Of a stretch of DNA of 64,000 nt, positions 51,558 through 64,000 are shown piece after piece. The notes under the pieces are model-generated. The model saw only the letters and a list, made by a program, of their open reading frames with translations, searched no databases and was not told where the DNA came from. Made by a program: the position numbers and the translations under genes. The DNA comes from Gonapodya sp. JEL0774 (taxonomy: Eukaryota): contig JADIIX010000115.1 of assembly GCA_027604505.1 (NCBI GenBank), positions 1-64,000 on the forward strand. The letters are read 5' to 3'. The first letter of the stretch is position 1, and every line of letters begins with the position of its first letter.

Positions 51558-54051
51558 GATGATCGACATAACCCTGCTCCGTGCACATCATGGGGGCAAC
51601 CCCGAGATTGTCCGCGAATCCCAAAGGCGACGTGGGGCCAGTGTCGAACTCGTGGACGAATTAATTAAACTGGACGAGGATTGGCGAAAGGGTGAGTCTT
51701 GTGATAAATGGCTCATTGTTGGGATGGAAAGCGGGCGTAGTTTTCAGATTGATTGAACGAGGAGGAATGAGAACAGAAGGCCGGATCCTGAGATACGCCT
51801 GTTTCTATCCCAAGTTCAAAAATGGAATATAGACGCACTCACTCCCCAATAGTTTCACGACGTTGATGGAAGCATGTGTGCTCAACGACAGAATCGAGGG
51901 AAAGTAGTGAATTGGTGCCGAACAGGGTGATTCATACCACTTGTCGGGGCAGTACTTCGTGGAGCAATCTGTGATGTCACTGACTCCTCACCAATTTGTT
52001 CTTCGATATATGAGCCCGTTTCCAAGCTGACGAGTGCAATAAAGAAGCAAACAGCATTCAAAAGGAAATCACGGCACTGCATAAGGCTGGGAAGAAGGAC
52101 CAGGCAGTGGAGTTGGTGGGCCATTGGAATTATCAGCTGTGCGGTTTTGCTTTACGTCCAACCTCTTATTGATGTGTCTCAGGTTACCCGCAAAGATGCT
52201 TTGAAAGACCAGCAGAGAACTCTGACGGAACAGGCTGCTAAGCTTGAAAAGGATCTATTCAGTCGACTTGCCCTTGTCGGTAACATTGTCCATTCTTCGG
52301 TTCCTACATCGCTCACTGAAGACGACAATGTCACGGAGCGCATGTGGTGGCCAGAGGGGCGAAATGAGGAGGCTGAGACCAAAAGAAGGAAAGAGCTGGT
52401 GGGCGGGGCAAGTGCCAAGGAGAATCCCAAGGGCGTGAAGGGTTTGAGAAGCCACCATGAGGTGTTGGAGATGTTGGGAGGTTATGAGCCCAAGCGAGGT
52501 GAGAGTGGGGATTTGATATTCCGGAAGCAAAAGTGATGCTTGTGAGGGCCTTCCCATCGTGACGGTACACTATTCTTCTATCGCCAGGCCAAAAAGTCGC
52601 TGGTCATCGCGCGTATTTCCTTACAGGTGCCGGTGTAGATCTGAACTTTGCTCTTCTTCAATACGGTTTGGACTTTCTGAACAAGAAAGGGTACACGAAG
52701 GTGTGGACGCCATTCTTCATGAAAAAGGAACAGATGGCTCGCACTGCCCAATTGAGTCAGTTCGATGAGGAACTTTACAAAGTTGTCGAGGGGGGAAAGG
52801 AGGGTGCGGGTGAGTCTGAGTCTGAGTCAGAGTCGCGTCCTATTGAATTCGATGTCAAATGGCGTCCCTTCCATAATTAGACCCCAATGACCCCGACGTC
52901 GACAATAAGTATTTGATTGCCACTGCCGAGCAACCGATATCGGCTTTCCACTCCGATGAGTGGTTATTGGAGTCGGATTTGCCCAAGCGGTGGGTCCTAC
53001 TGTTTGAGTTTGGTATGCAGAGGAACCAACCGATCTTTGATAACCCACCTATAGCTATGCTGGTGTGTCTACCTGTTTCCGCAAGGAAGCTGGTGCCGCG
53101 GGGCGAGACACGTGGGGTGTGTTCCGTGTTCACCAGTTTGAAAAGGTGGAGCAGTTCTGTGTCACTGAGCCAACGAAAAGCTGGGACGAGTTTGACAGCA
53201 TGATACAATACTCGGAGGAATTTTACAAAAGTGTGAGTTTTACTCCCTGAGGGTCATTGGTTGGATTTGTTTCTACTCAAAGGCCAAGCTGATGCTGAGA
53301 GCTGCTGCACCTGTTTCCTTGTTGCGTCTCTCCACCAAATCCTATTTTTATCCAAACTCTCCTGATTCTACGTTTTTTTTTATGCTTCTAGCTCGGCATT
53401 CCGTTCCGCGTTGTAAGCATAGTGTCGGGTGCCCTGAACAATGCTGCCGCAAAGAAGTACGATTTGGAAGCATGGTTCCCGTTCCAGTGTGAATATCGAG
53501 AGTTGGTAAGCTGCTCGAACTGCACGGACTATCAGAGCAGGAGTTTGGAAGTTAGATGGGGTACGAAGAAGGTGAACCACTCTATGCTCTAAATATTCTT
53601 GCACGGGATGTCTCAACTCATTTATAACTCTGAAAACTAAACTGTTCATGCCCTTGTTCACCATCTTACCGTACAATATCCACGAACAAAACTAATGCCA
53701 TCCATACGGTCGGTTCACTTCCCCACTCCAGCTCAACGACGATGAGAAACGGTACGTGCACATGCTGAACTCGACTCTCTGTGCCACGGAACGGGCCATG
53801 TGCTGCGTGTTGGAGAATTTCCAGACAGAAGAGGTGAGTTTCAACGTATTTTCGCGGGTGTATTTTTCGAATGTACACACTCGTTACCATTTGCATCTGA
53901 ACAGGGTCTCGTTGTACCGGAAGTTCTGCGTCCGTACATGCAAGGGCGCGATTTTATTCCATTTATTCGTGAAGTCTCGGTAGAAGAACCATCTGCTGCT
54001 GCTAGTAAGAAAGCTGGCAAGGGTTCTGCCGCAGTTGTCAAGAAGAATTGA
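51558..54051 (+). CDS. SES1: Cytosolic seryl-tRNA synthetase
   Basis: [56 protein letters not shown], motif 2 CFRKEAG...[28 protein letters not shown] and motif 3 [16 protein letters not shown]. Confidence 0.97.
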
Positions 54052-54373
54052 ATCCATAGACATTACAGTGGAAATGCATTCATCCGAGTATCTTCGATCT
54101 AGTTAGTTGACTTCCGGGGACCACGTGGAGGTTCATCATCTACATTCAACTCTCGGCTAAAACTGAGTAATAGTAGACCATGATGATGTCGGCATATTTT
54201 GGAGCCGTCCGCGCGCCATAATGGGGCAGCAATAACAATGTTCCACCGTCACAGCAGCCTTATACCAATCTTGTTTGAATTACGGACACTCTCATTCACA
54301 TAGACCCCTCAACATTGGAGCTATTCTGACAGGATTAGAAGTGGGGGGAACAATAACCCCAAATGCCATTACC

Positions 54374-55995
54374 ATGGACGCACACGAATGTCTGGAAGCC
54401 GACGTGACCATGAAGTCGTTCTCCAACGTTCCAGAAACGACTTTGGAAATGCCTATGGGGAACTATGACGAACTGCAACCACCGACTTCCCCAAAACCAG
54501 CACCAATGCTTGTGCTATATGCCTCTTTCCGGAACTATGCACCGGCACTTGGCTTAGGAGGAGAATCGATTCTCTTCTCCTCACTTTCGCGCTCCCAGAT
54601 TTTCTCACCTTCTGCTGCCACCACTCTATGTGCCTTAGTCAACAGACTGTGCTGGTACCCGGCATGCGCTGTCTTTCTACTCCTCTCCACTGCTCTCCTC
54701 CATAAACTTCGGCGATATCCGCGCTCATTCGTATGGGAAGCTCTCCACCCCGCCCGTTCCAACTTGCTCTTCACCCCCATCATGGCAATATCATTCCTAC
54801 TTGCCGGTCTTCCCGATGAACTTCGACCCGTGGAATCTCACCTGTTGGTCCACCCTGGTGCTGTGTCTGATCCTTCGCCATACCTAGCAGTCCTGTGGGC
54901 TATTTGGGGAGTGGCACTTGTATCTCAGGTCATTTTATCAGTGTGGACATACTCACGCTGGCTTGCTTCCGACGCTGAGTTCACCAGTCACACTATGCTG
55001 GGGCGGCAGTACCCCAGAACTGCGTTGGATGCGCAGGGCGGGCAGACCGCAGACCTCCACAAAACCTTTACGTATCCTGACTTTCATCGGGGTTATGAAC
55101 CTCAATTGACCCATCTATATGCCATGGTGGTCTGGCATCTCCTCTCAATCTCGTCCTCCTCCATACTTCTTCCACCCACTTTTTCACTTGCTACGTTCCA
55201 CGTTGGTCTTTTCTATCTCCTCTACCTCACATTTCTCATTTTCCAGCACGGTAGCAGGCTGCTCGCCGATGGCGCGTATCCCGAGTCGTTCAGGAAGCAG
55301 CAGAGGAGCTTCCTGGTGCTGCTCATGGCTCCTTGGGCTGCCGCAGGATCGGCGTACGTGGGAGCTATGGGGGGTCAGACTGGGGAAGGTGGTGGCATGC
55401 CTCAGGTATAGCCTACATCCGTTCAGCTTCACTATCTCGTAACTTACTGACTTCACGCTTACTTTCGGCGAACTCAACTACATGGATTTATGCCTTTCCA
55501 ACGGCTTTTTCTCGCTTGTTTCACGACCGTTTTTATTCATCCACAGCTCGCTCAGTTCCTAATGTGGAACTCTATTTTCTTTTATGGGCTGATTGGTGTT
55601 CGCTGGGGCCCTCGACTTGCCAGGGACCAACCCCATGCTGGATGGTGGGCGTGTGAGTGTCGATACTTTTGTTCCCTGCCGCTCGATCCCTGTGTTACGT
55701 TGTGCTCATGAAACGTGGAGAAGATACTTTCCCCACTGCTGCGGTTCCATCCCTTCTTGCGGCCTATCTCACGTATCCGCCCTCCACCTCTCCTTCTACC
55801 GTATCCCGAGTCGTTGTCGCTTCAATGACGATTTTCACTCTCCTCGTCACGATCCGTGTTTCCGTTTGGACTGTACTCGCGACGGTGGGGAAGGCACGAG
55901 CGGGATGGGCTAGGGATGAGGAGATGGAGCAATGGGCGGCGACGGAAGTTGGGAAGGAGGAAGAAGTAGGGAGAGTTATAGAGGAATGGAAGTGA
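54374..55995 (+). CDS. SLAC1/TDT (tellurite-resistance/dicarboxylate transporter) family anion channel
   Basis: About 10 hydrophobic segments. HPARSNLLFTPIMAISFLLAGLP, YSRWL, LLMAPWAAA and the spliced WWAYTFPTAA signature. Confidence 0.8.
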
Positions 55996-56148
55996 TGCGC
56001 GCGTATGAGATTTTGCATGAACATATATCTTGAGCGGCAATCGTAATAATAGCATTCATTCTTGTGATTTTGCTCTATACAATCAAGGAGATCAACTTTC
56101 CACCACACTTTATAAATTATTCCATCTTTCTAACTTGCTGCGATAGTG

Positions 56149-56727
56149 TCACTCCACCTGGATGAGTATTGAGAGAAGGGTTGAAAGTCATTGCTCCTGA
56201 TAGCAGCGAATGAGAGAACCAGTACCAGCACAGAGAGGTCCCACGCGTCTCCTCCGGAGCTGTGCCCAATCACGAAAGTCTGTTGTAAATCCCTACTGGC
56301 AATGAAACCATCGGTTGCTGTCTGGTAGACGTGAGGGAAGTCGCCTGGAGGGAGGGATTTTCCATCATGACTAGGATCGGCAGGTGCCTCCCATTTGATG
56401 AGACTCGCAAGTGCGGGTGATTCGGCGTATTTGATTTGCATTATGTACAGTCTTTGATGTTGTGAGGTTGGGAAGAACAAGCTCGAAGTTCTGGGAACCT
56501 GACGACGCCAGATCGAGCGTTGATAGGTTATTATACATTGACGATAATGGTTTCACTCGCAATAGAGATCAAAGGCAGGGCAAGAGCGGCCAGACCTGGG
56601 TGGCGGTGGAAAGGTGAACAAATCCATCCTTCCTATCGAGCCAAGTTCCCACGAAAACCGCACTGGGGTCACCAAGGGCGGAGTATTCTGTTTCGGTGAG
56701 GATTTTGTAGAGAAACTTTGGGTTCAT
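56149..56727 (-). CDS. DUF952 family protein
   Basis: MNPKFLYKILT...FVGTWLDRKDGFVHLSTATQ|VPRTSSLFF...IKWE...FPHVY. The 3' end is approximate. Confidence 0.85.
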
Positions 56728-57042
56728 GATGTAATTGGAACTTGGTGTGGACTAGGAATCAGGAATGAGCGAACTGATACAGAATGAGCCGGACCACAGC
56801 CGGGCGTGTGATGACTCATGCATTTGCGAACTGGAGCAAACTCTCTGTCAGACTGCGATCAAATGCTTTCTTCAGCGACTCCCTCCGCCATCGCGGCCTT
56901 TCTTACACGTACTTTGTCGAATCGTCTCCATCAAATTGTCGCGGCTCCTCAATATTCAGCACGCTATTTTTCCAGCTACGTGGTGAGCATTTCACATGAG
57001 AAGAAATGATTCATCGCCTCTTGTTGGATGACCGAGCACTTG

Positions 57043-57959
57043 ATGGAAAAGGGTAAAACTCTACCCGAAGTGATACTTTCCGATCACGAATCGTTGAGAA
57101 AACTGTTCGCGCGATACAAGAGCTCCGCCGACGAAGAAGAGCGACGTCGCATTTTAAACGAATGTGAGATCTTGCTTTAATCGATGTTCTGTTTTCGTTC
57201 GCTCAGTATGAGTTTCTTCATCATGCCGCACTAGATATAAGAGAGATTTCTTTGCATTCCACAGCCGAGGAATATGTGCTGTATCCCACTCTCATATCCC
57301 TCGCCTCCTCTGAATCAGATGCGAGCTCACTGGATATTCCTGCTCGCATAGAGAAAGAGCGCGCTGACCACCACCGCATGAAAGAGACCATGCGTCCGAT
57401 AGATCGATTGCTTGCAAGTGGGAATGAAGTCACCAATGCGGAGGGTTTTGGTTTTTCTCCGGAAGTAGAGCAGTTGCTTGAGGAGACGATGGAGGTGAGA
57501 GACATCTCCTACCTTGTGCGTTTCGCCTTCGTGCGTTCTCACTGCGAGTCATCCTAGGCATTTGATCGTCACATGAGAGGGGAGGAAGAGGTCGATTTGG
57601 TACTCATCAAATCCAAACTAAGAGATGAAGAACTCGTCCGTCTGGGACGAGAATTTGAGGACTCAAAATTGGTGAGCACAAGTTACAAGTGACAGTTGTG
57701 CTAGATGCGATAGCCGTAGTGTGTGTATCAGCATTGGGCTGACCACCCTTTTGCTTCTCTCAGTTCTCTCCTACCCGCCCACATCCAGATGTACCAGAAT
57801 CTGGTGGTATCGCAGAAAAGATTGGTAAGTTCATTTTGCTGACGAGTGGATATCCTACACACACACATTATTGGCTTACTCTATGTAGTTGCTGCATCAC
57901 TTGGAGCAGTGGATAGAACACTAGACCTCGGAAGGTCTTTTGCGAAAAGGGACGATTAA
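57043..57959 (+). CDS. Hemerythrin-like (HHE cation-binding) protein
   Basis: ILSDHESLRKLF, ISLHSTAEEYVLYP, ADHHRMKE, DRHMRGEEEVDL and PTRPHP. Confidence 0.88.
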
Positions 57960-58085
57960 GCGTCGATGTGTATACCATGTGTATTAAACTTGGAGTGCAT
58001 GTGTTCTGCGCAATGAACAATTTTGCCCCTGTTCAAGAAGTCCTCGATTGAGCCCCCGTTCCGTCCATTTTCCATCGAGGGAGCG

Positions 58086-61000
58086 ATGACAAACCACGTG
58101 GATAGTGGCACCACGCTCCTACAGGTTATGGAGGTGGGCGGATGGCTGGTTTTTCCCTCTGTCTTCACCTGCCTTTCAATCATTCTTTCCTGCTCGTTTC
58201 TCCAATTAATGCGCCGATCCACCAGGCACTTGATATCCTCTACAGCCCAACAAATCCACCGAGTGCACCGATCGTAGCCCAGTACCAGTCCTTTCTCATC
58301 AACGTCCAAAAGCTCCCCCTCGCTTGGGATCTTGCCGCGCTCCTGCTCAACGTCGGCTGGTACGGCGATCCCAATCCGAGGCCCGATGCGGTACCGCTGG
58401 TCTTGATCGAAGCCCATACGCCACCTGCTCCTGGTGTACCGCAGTCGTTGTCGTCGGGCCGTGTCAACTACATGTTCTTCGCCGCACATACCTGGGCGGT
58501 GAAGCTCTCGCGAGACTGGGACTCCCTCGATACAGCACATGGGACGTATACGAAGTTTCAGGATCCGTCGTTTATGCGAGACACGATTCTCTCCTGGGTG
58601 ATTCGGCTCGCCTTCGCGGGGAGGAGAGCCCCTAAGCTTGTCCTGAATAAGCTCATGTCTGCGGTAAGTTCGCACCCACTATTCTGTTTTTCGTAGGCTT
58701 TAATTGATTTCCCACGGAAATTGTATTGTGCTATCGTGGATTTGGGGCGTGTACTCTTATGATAAGGTCGTATCTTTCGCAATCCGAGCACCCCCCACCT
58801 TCTTCCCGTCTTTCCCCGCCTCTTTCGCCTCGCTCTGCATCCTCGCTTCGACGCACCTCATTTCCTCCCAGCCTCAAGATCCCACGCAACTGCACACACT
58901 GAGCATATCCACATGCCGGGCTCTCTTTCCCCAATTGTATGATAGCGCAACGATATTCGAGGCATCGGATGGTCCTCGTCAGGAGCCCTCGTGGCCAGTG
59001 GTCTCCGATCCGGCTCTTTTGGAAACCCCCTTGCGAGAAATTGTTGTCGTCGCAGCTACGACCCAGGATCCAACGGGCGCAGCAGACGTCGCTGAGACGC
59101 TTGTTTGTTCTATTTTCTCCTTCGCGGGAACGGCTGTGGATGAGGTTCAAAGCGCAGAGCTTGTGGGTTCACGCAAGTGAGTAACTATGTGTGGTTCCCA
59201 TGTGAGGGTACATATCTATAAGACGTTCTGCAGACCTCAAATAGAGTCAGCAGTATCTTCTGCTCTACCGCTTGTCGTCCGACTGTGCACTGTTGTGCTC
59301 CAAACGTGTGCGCCGTCACCGCAACCCGCGCCAACCCGACCGCGGCAAGATGCGGCCATGGAACTGGTGCGGAGCGCCGCGCAGTTTGTTGACAGTTCGG
59401 TCAGATGGGGACTGGATACCACGTGAGTTTAGCAAAGTAAGGGGGGTGTGTGTTGCGACGGTTATCCACCATTGTTTCAATTCGTGTTCTTATGAATCAA
59501 GCACTCTCGCTCTTCTGCCACCGTATCTTCTGCCACACCTTCTGCTCTGCCCTTCAGTGCAGAGCCTGTCTGACTCACTTACATTCGAGTCAGCTTGTGA
59601 AGCTCTCACTTCCGTCGTTGGCGCCAAGTCCTGCACGGACCGCATTGCCACGAGTATCATCGGTGGACTTTGGGGTACACACGTAACAGGCAAGAGTTGG
59701 GCTAAGACGTTAGTGCAAGATGCTGTTATCTGTGAGCAATTTCATTTCGAAGCATCATTTCGAAAACATTCGTCAGATTGTTACTCAGTGTTTGGCCGCT
59801 TAGCCCAGGACGCAAACCCACTTACGCCTCTTATTGCTCTCCTTGCGCAGATTGGTGAATCTTTCGCCAGCTACCTCGCCCGCCGCGTCCGAGAAATGTC
59901 GGCGCCTTTGAAACCAGATTCAGCTGGTGAAGTCGCCGCAGTGAAAGAGTTGTTGGAAACTGCCCTACTCATTTCCAACTGGCCTGGACAATATCCAGAC
60001 GATGAGGATATTTCGTAAGTTAAACCCGATGTATTGGAGTTCCCGTCGTGTGATCTTGTGTCGTAAACGCCAAAACTTAAAAAGGCAAACACTCTTACCG
60101 TGTTGGTCATATCTTGCCGAATCTCTTACAGATGTATCGGATGGAAATCCGAAACTCCCGCTTTCGGAGGTTGATGGTACCCTTCAGATTCCGGTTACAA
60201 GTTCCAACATATCTGGAGCATCTGGAGCACCTTTGCAAATTCTCCGCGCCCTCGTTTCTGTGCTCGTGGAAAAGGCTTCCTATCCTGCCGTATATTTGCA
60301 GTTTGTTAATTGGCCGGATGCTGCTCTAGATCAATGGAGGACCTATCGGACCGACGCCGCGGATACTGTGGTGGCGGTTGCAGGTGCTGTGAGAGGTGCT
60401 GTGGTTGGCTGGCTGATTGAAATGGCTGCGGAAGCAATGGACGGCGTGGCGCAGCGAGAAGCATGGCAGGTAAATATCACCACCACTTCGGCCAGTGGAA
60501 CATTTAGATTTTTTGAGTATTCCTATCGCAAAACTGGCACCAGCCGTTAGAATCTGTGCTTCACCTTATTCGTGCTGCAGCTGAGGAGATTCCAGCCGCA
60601 GAATCTGAGCACGTACCCAATGTGTTCTCGGATGTTGTAGCTCGAATTCTTCAATGGCAGCAACCGGAGGAGACCAAGCGTTTACCTTGGACAAAGGTAA
60701 GATATCAAACGATAATGTTGTGTGGTGGGTATCGCATCTGGTTAGCTTCGTTGGTTGCACTATAATATTTTAAGCTGGGCCCTAGGTTCATATTCCGAAT
60801 GGCTGAAGCGTCATCCCAGTCACCTTCCTCTTGCCGTCAACATTGTAGTTGCCGGGCTCGCGCAGCCTGATCTAGCTCCCGCCGCCGCCAGTGCCCTCAA
60901 GGAGCTGTGTGATAACTGCAGACAACCACTTGCGGAGGGAATCGAATGGCTTGTAGGGGTGTATTTGGAGACTGCGAGAAACATCCAGGTGTGCGTCTTT

Positions 61001-62488
61001 CTTCTTGGTCGAATTTGTGTCGGCGTTCCTCTCAACGTTACCACCATGTTAGCCTCTTGAAAGGACCCGAGTCATTGAAGCTGTCGCTTCCGTTATTCAA
61101 GCTCTCCCTAATACAACAGCGTCTGCGCCTCACATTGCACGTGTACTTACGGACGTCATTGGGGGCATCCAGGTCTCTCTAAATGCGATTTTGGCAAATG
61201 AATATGGGCATTCGAAAAGTCTCGCTGTACACAAATTGGAAATTGTCAATGGACTCAACTGCCTCGTCGCATTTATGAAGGGTGTGCGAGAAGTTGAGAG
61301 AGTCGAAGTCTCATCGGATGATGAGAGTTCGGAACGGGAACTGCCAAAACCGGCACTCATGAAGGGATTGTCAGAGTCAATTGATGAATCGAAAGAGGTT
61401 GTCGAAGGGACCTGGACTGTCGTGGATTCAATCGCCCGGCGATTCTCGGGAGAAAATGATGTGAACGATGTGAGCTCTTCACTGCACTGAGTTCACGAAA
61501 ATATTCTCCATGATTCTCCACCATCGACCAGGCTCTTTGCTCGCTCTTTATTGCAGCGGTTCGCAACCCGTCGCCCTCGTTTCCGTTACTAAAACTTCGT
61601 GGAAATCAGCTCACATCACTCGTTTCCGATATGTTCAACACTACACCGCGAAATAACTTGCTGGAGTGCGCAACCGCAATCGTTTGTTCTTCCGGACCTG
61701 CGAGCAACAATGAAGCAATCGTGGCATCTTGCATGCGACTCGTCCAGAGCATCACGCAGAGAGTGACCACAATAATTACGAGTGACAAAGCTGTGGAGGA
61801 GTATCCGGATCTGGTGCAAGGATACCTTGATCTCTTATCGCAGTGCACCAGATCCGTTCCCGCTGTTTTGGTGTCGCTCTCACCTGACGCGGCCGACTAC
61901 ATATTCATGAAGCTCGTACCTACTGCCCTTACCGCCCAGGAAAAGCTGGCAGCTAAGAGTGTGACCGGGTTTTTAGGAGAGTTTCTCAGCAAAGATGTGG
62001 ATGGAGGGGAGATTAACCATGTGGTGAAGCAAGTAGTAGGGAGGATCGGTGTGGACCTTGTAAGGGAGTTGCTGGTGGTGAGTTCTTTAAATGCTTTCAA
62101 ATCTCTCGAAAGATTCTGAACTCTGGCATCAATAGAATGTTGCCGGACGGTCCCCGCGAAGCATGGTACCAGCCATCTCCGAATGTCTTTTTAGATTATG
62201 TTATCGATACCCAGAAGCTACGCGAGCTGCTTTGATCCAATGTCTCGGGCAGGATGGCTTCCCAAGTTCACGTGTGGACGCAGCCGCCAAGGAGATGTTT
62301 GTGAAGGAGGTTTTGACGTAAGTGCCCCTCGCCTTGACGTTTTTCCCGAACTCATTTGGAAATACTCATTTGGAAATATTGGTACATCACACAGCACACG
62401 TCAATTGAAGCGATTCCGTGAAATAGTGAAGATCTTCTCACTCAAATGTCGTGGGCTTGAAAACACTGCGTTCGGCGCTGTTGTCTAG
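58086..62488 (+). CDS. Importin-beta family karyopherin (importin-13 / transportin-SR-like)
   Basis: ALDILYS...AW, YMFFAAHTWAVKLSRDWDSL, LVLNKL, YRTDAADT, GSYSEWL, AASALKELC, EYPDLV, GRSPRSMV and the C-terminal RFREIVKIFSLKCRGLENTAFG. Confidence 0.85.
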
Positions 62489-63221
62489 GGAAATTAAAGA
62501 ATTCGTTGCATTTTCGATACGAAATAGATGATTCGCTTGCTTTAGTCGACGTGAACGCCCATGATCGAACGGCCACCCAAAAAGTGAATTCTGCTTTACT
62601 CTTTTATTTTCACTGCCCCATGCTTTTCTCAGAAATGAGAAACTAGTGCAAAAGAACATGTCGAAGTTCCAAAACCTTATGTCGTCTTCGTTATTGAGGC
62701 TCCAAGGTGATGGCTTCAACCCATGAACAGCGTCGTCGCTTATCGCAAACCCTCGGATGCCAATTTGCTTCCGATATCTGTGAAGACGAATATATTAGCA
62801 CTAATATTAAATGTCTGGATGTCGTGGGTGGCAGGGTCCGGATTTAAATGTTGACTTAAATGCGTGTAAATAATATCAGCGACTTTCCAGCCACCAAAAG
62901 TGAAAAAATATTTCGAATGGCAAATAAGCTAAATGTATATTTCTGCACCAAATTCTCGAAAACAATATTTCTGATCAATTCATTTAGTTTTTGTCCCCCA
63001 CCGTCTCTGCCTCATGAGGTTTGTTGAGCCTTCGGGGCATTTCTGACGTGGACACGTCAAGTCCACAAGCTCGGAGATTCCTCCTGACCAGAAGCGTCAT
63101 GAGGTGTTCCCCGTAGGCCAGAGCTATAGGGGGGACTTCAGCATTTAGTTCACCTCCCAAGTGTGTCTCCCGAAACCTCACCTTCTCACCCGACATTTTC
63201 TAATAGCACTTGTCACCAAAA

Positions 63222-64000
63222 ATGAGCTCGTCTTCGGACATTATCTTTGTGAATGGCAAACAGCTGCCTGTGACCACTGGTGAGTGTTGGTTGCTGTCCT
63301 GGTCATGGCGGGACATTCAGGGTAGCGTGGAGTTCAACCTTCGTTGCAGAACATTGACTAGGGGCCTTGTGCAAATCACAGCAACAAGTCTTCAGCAGCT
63401 TTGTTTGGCCTTGCGTTTGCATGGGCCTTTTACTCTGGTGACTGCCAGGGGGGAGACTGTTACACTTGGTTCCGACGGCGACACTTTTCCAGTAATTGCG
63501 GGGGGCATGTATGTGGCTCAGCTCCAAGCTGACATTGATAAGCAAGCGGCATCCCAGTCTCTTCAGGCGCTGACTTCTGCAGCAGAACAGCCGTCCGGCG
63601 CTGACGTGAGTACTCAGTTGCAGCGAAGTTCGTTGTGTTCCTGGTGCTTCTAGATTTCATTCCGATCTTGGACCTCGATCAGCTTCCAACAAGTCAAGTC
63701 GATGTCTCTACGCGTGGCCCAGATAATTGCAGAGTGCCGCTGGTGCCCTTCTTGCTGATTCAGCTGTACTCGCAGTACGCCAGTTGAATTGTTCCCGCGC
63801 TGCTCAACTCGGAACCAAAATCTCATGCAAGTGTATGAACTTCAATCGATCGATAATTTTCGCAACTAGCTGCCCTGACGTCCGACTCCCACGCCCAACA
63901 GATGGACGGTGTGGTCCAATTGTGTCAAGTCGCTCCTGCTGGGAATCCCGTCAATGCTATGAAGCATCGGCAACCGTTTGTAGGAGCTCCAGTCGATGCA
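63222..64000 (+). CDS. Hypothetical protein, 5' part (runs off the window)
   Basis: ATG exon MSSSSDIIFVNGKQLPVT with a GTGAGT donor, then a second exon ATSLQQLCLALRL...SGAD with another GTGAGT donor. Downstream exon phases are unresolved. Confidence 0.45.

Overview
Intron-rich eukaryotic DNA, most likely from an early-diverging (zoosporic) fungus; this is inferred from protein content and short GT-AG introns, and the species cannot be determined from the window. I rebuilt about 20 genes by manual splicing: APRT, a multi-TM PDE8-like cyclic-nucleotide phosphodiesterase, an MBOAT acyltransferase, 3-hydroxyisobutyrate dehydrogenase, peroxisomal thiolase, a Baeyer-Villiger monooxygenase (BVMO), ERCC1/Rad10, a YghU-type GST, two tandem coiled-coil paralogs, an RRM protein, 5-oxoprolinase, an N,N-dimethylformamidase-like protein, Wapl, seryl-tRNA synthetase, a SLAC1/TDT channel, DUF952, a hemerythrin, an importin-13-like karyopherin and a partial unknown gene. 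Two adjacent non-autonomous TIR transposons lie at 42.2-44.9 kb. The most striking observation is single-nucleotide exons. The BVMO motif GGTWFENTYPG is only in frame if two consecutive 1-nt exons (15973 and 15880) are spliced in, and the MBOAT gene appears to need another (7240) just upstream of its catalytic His. Gene boundaries are manual predictions without transcript data.
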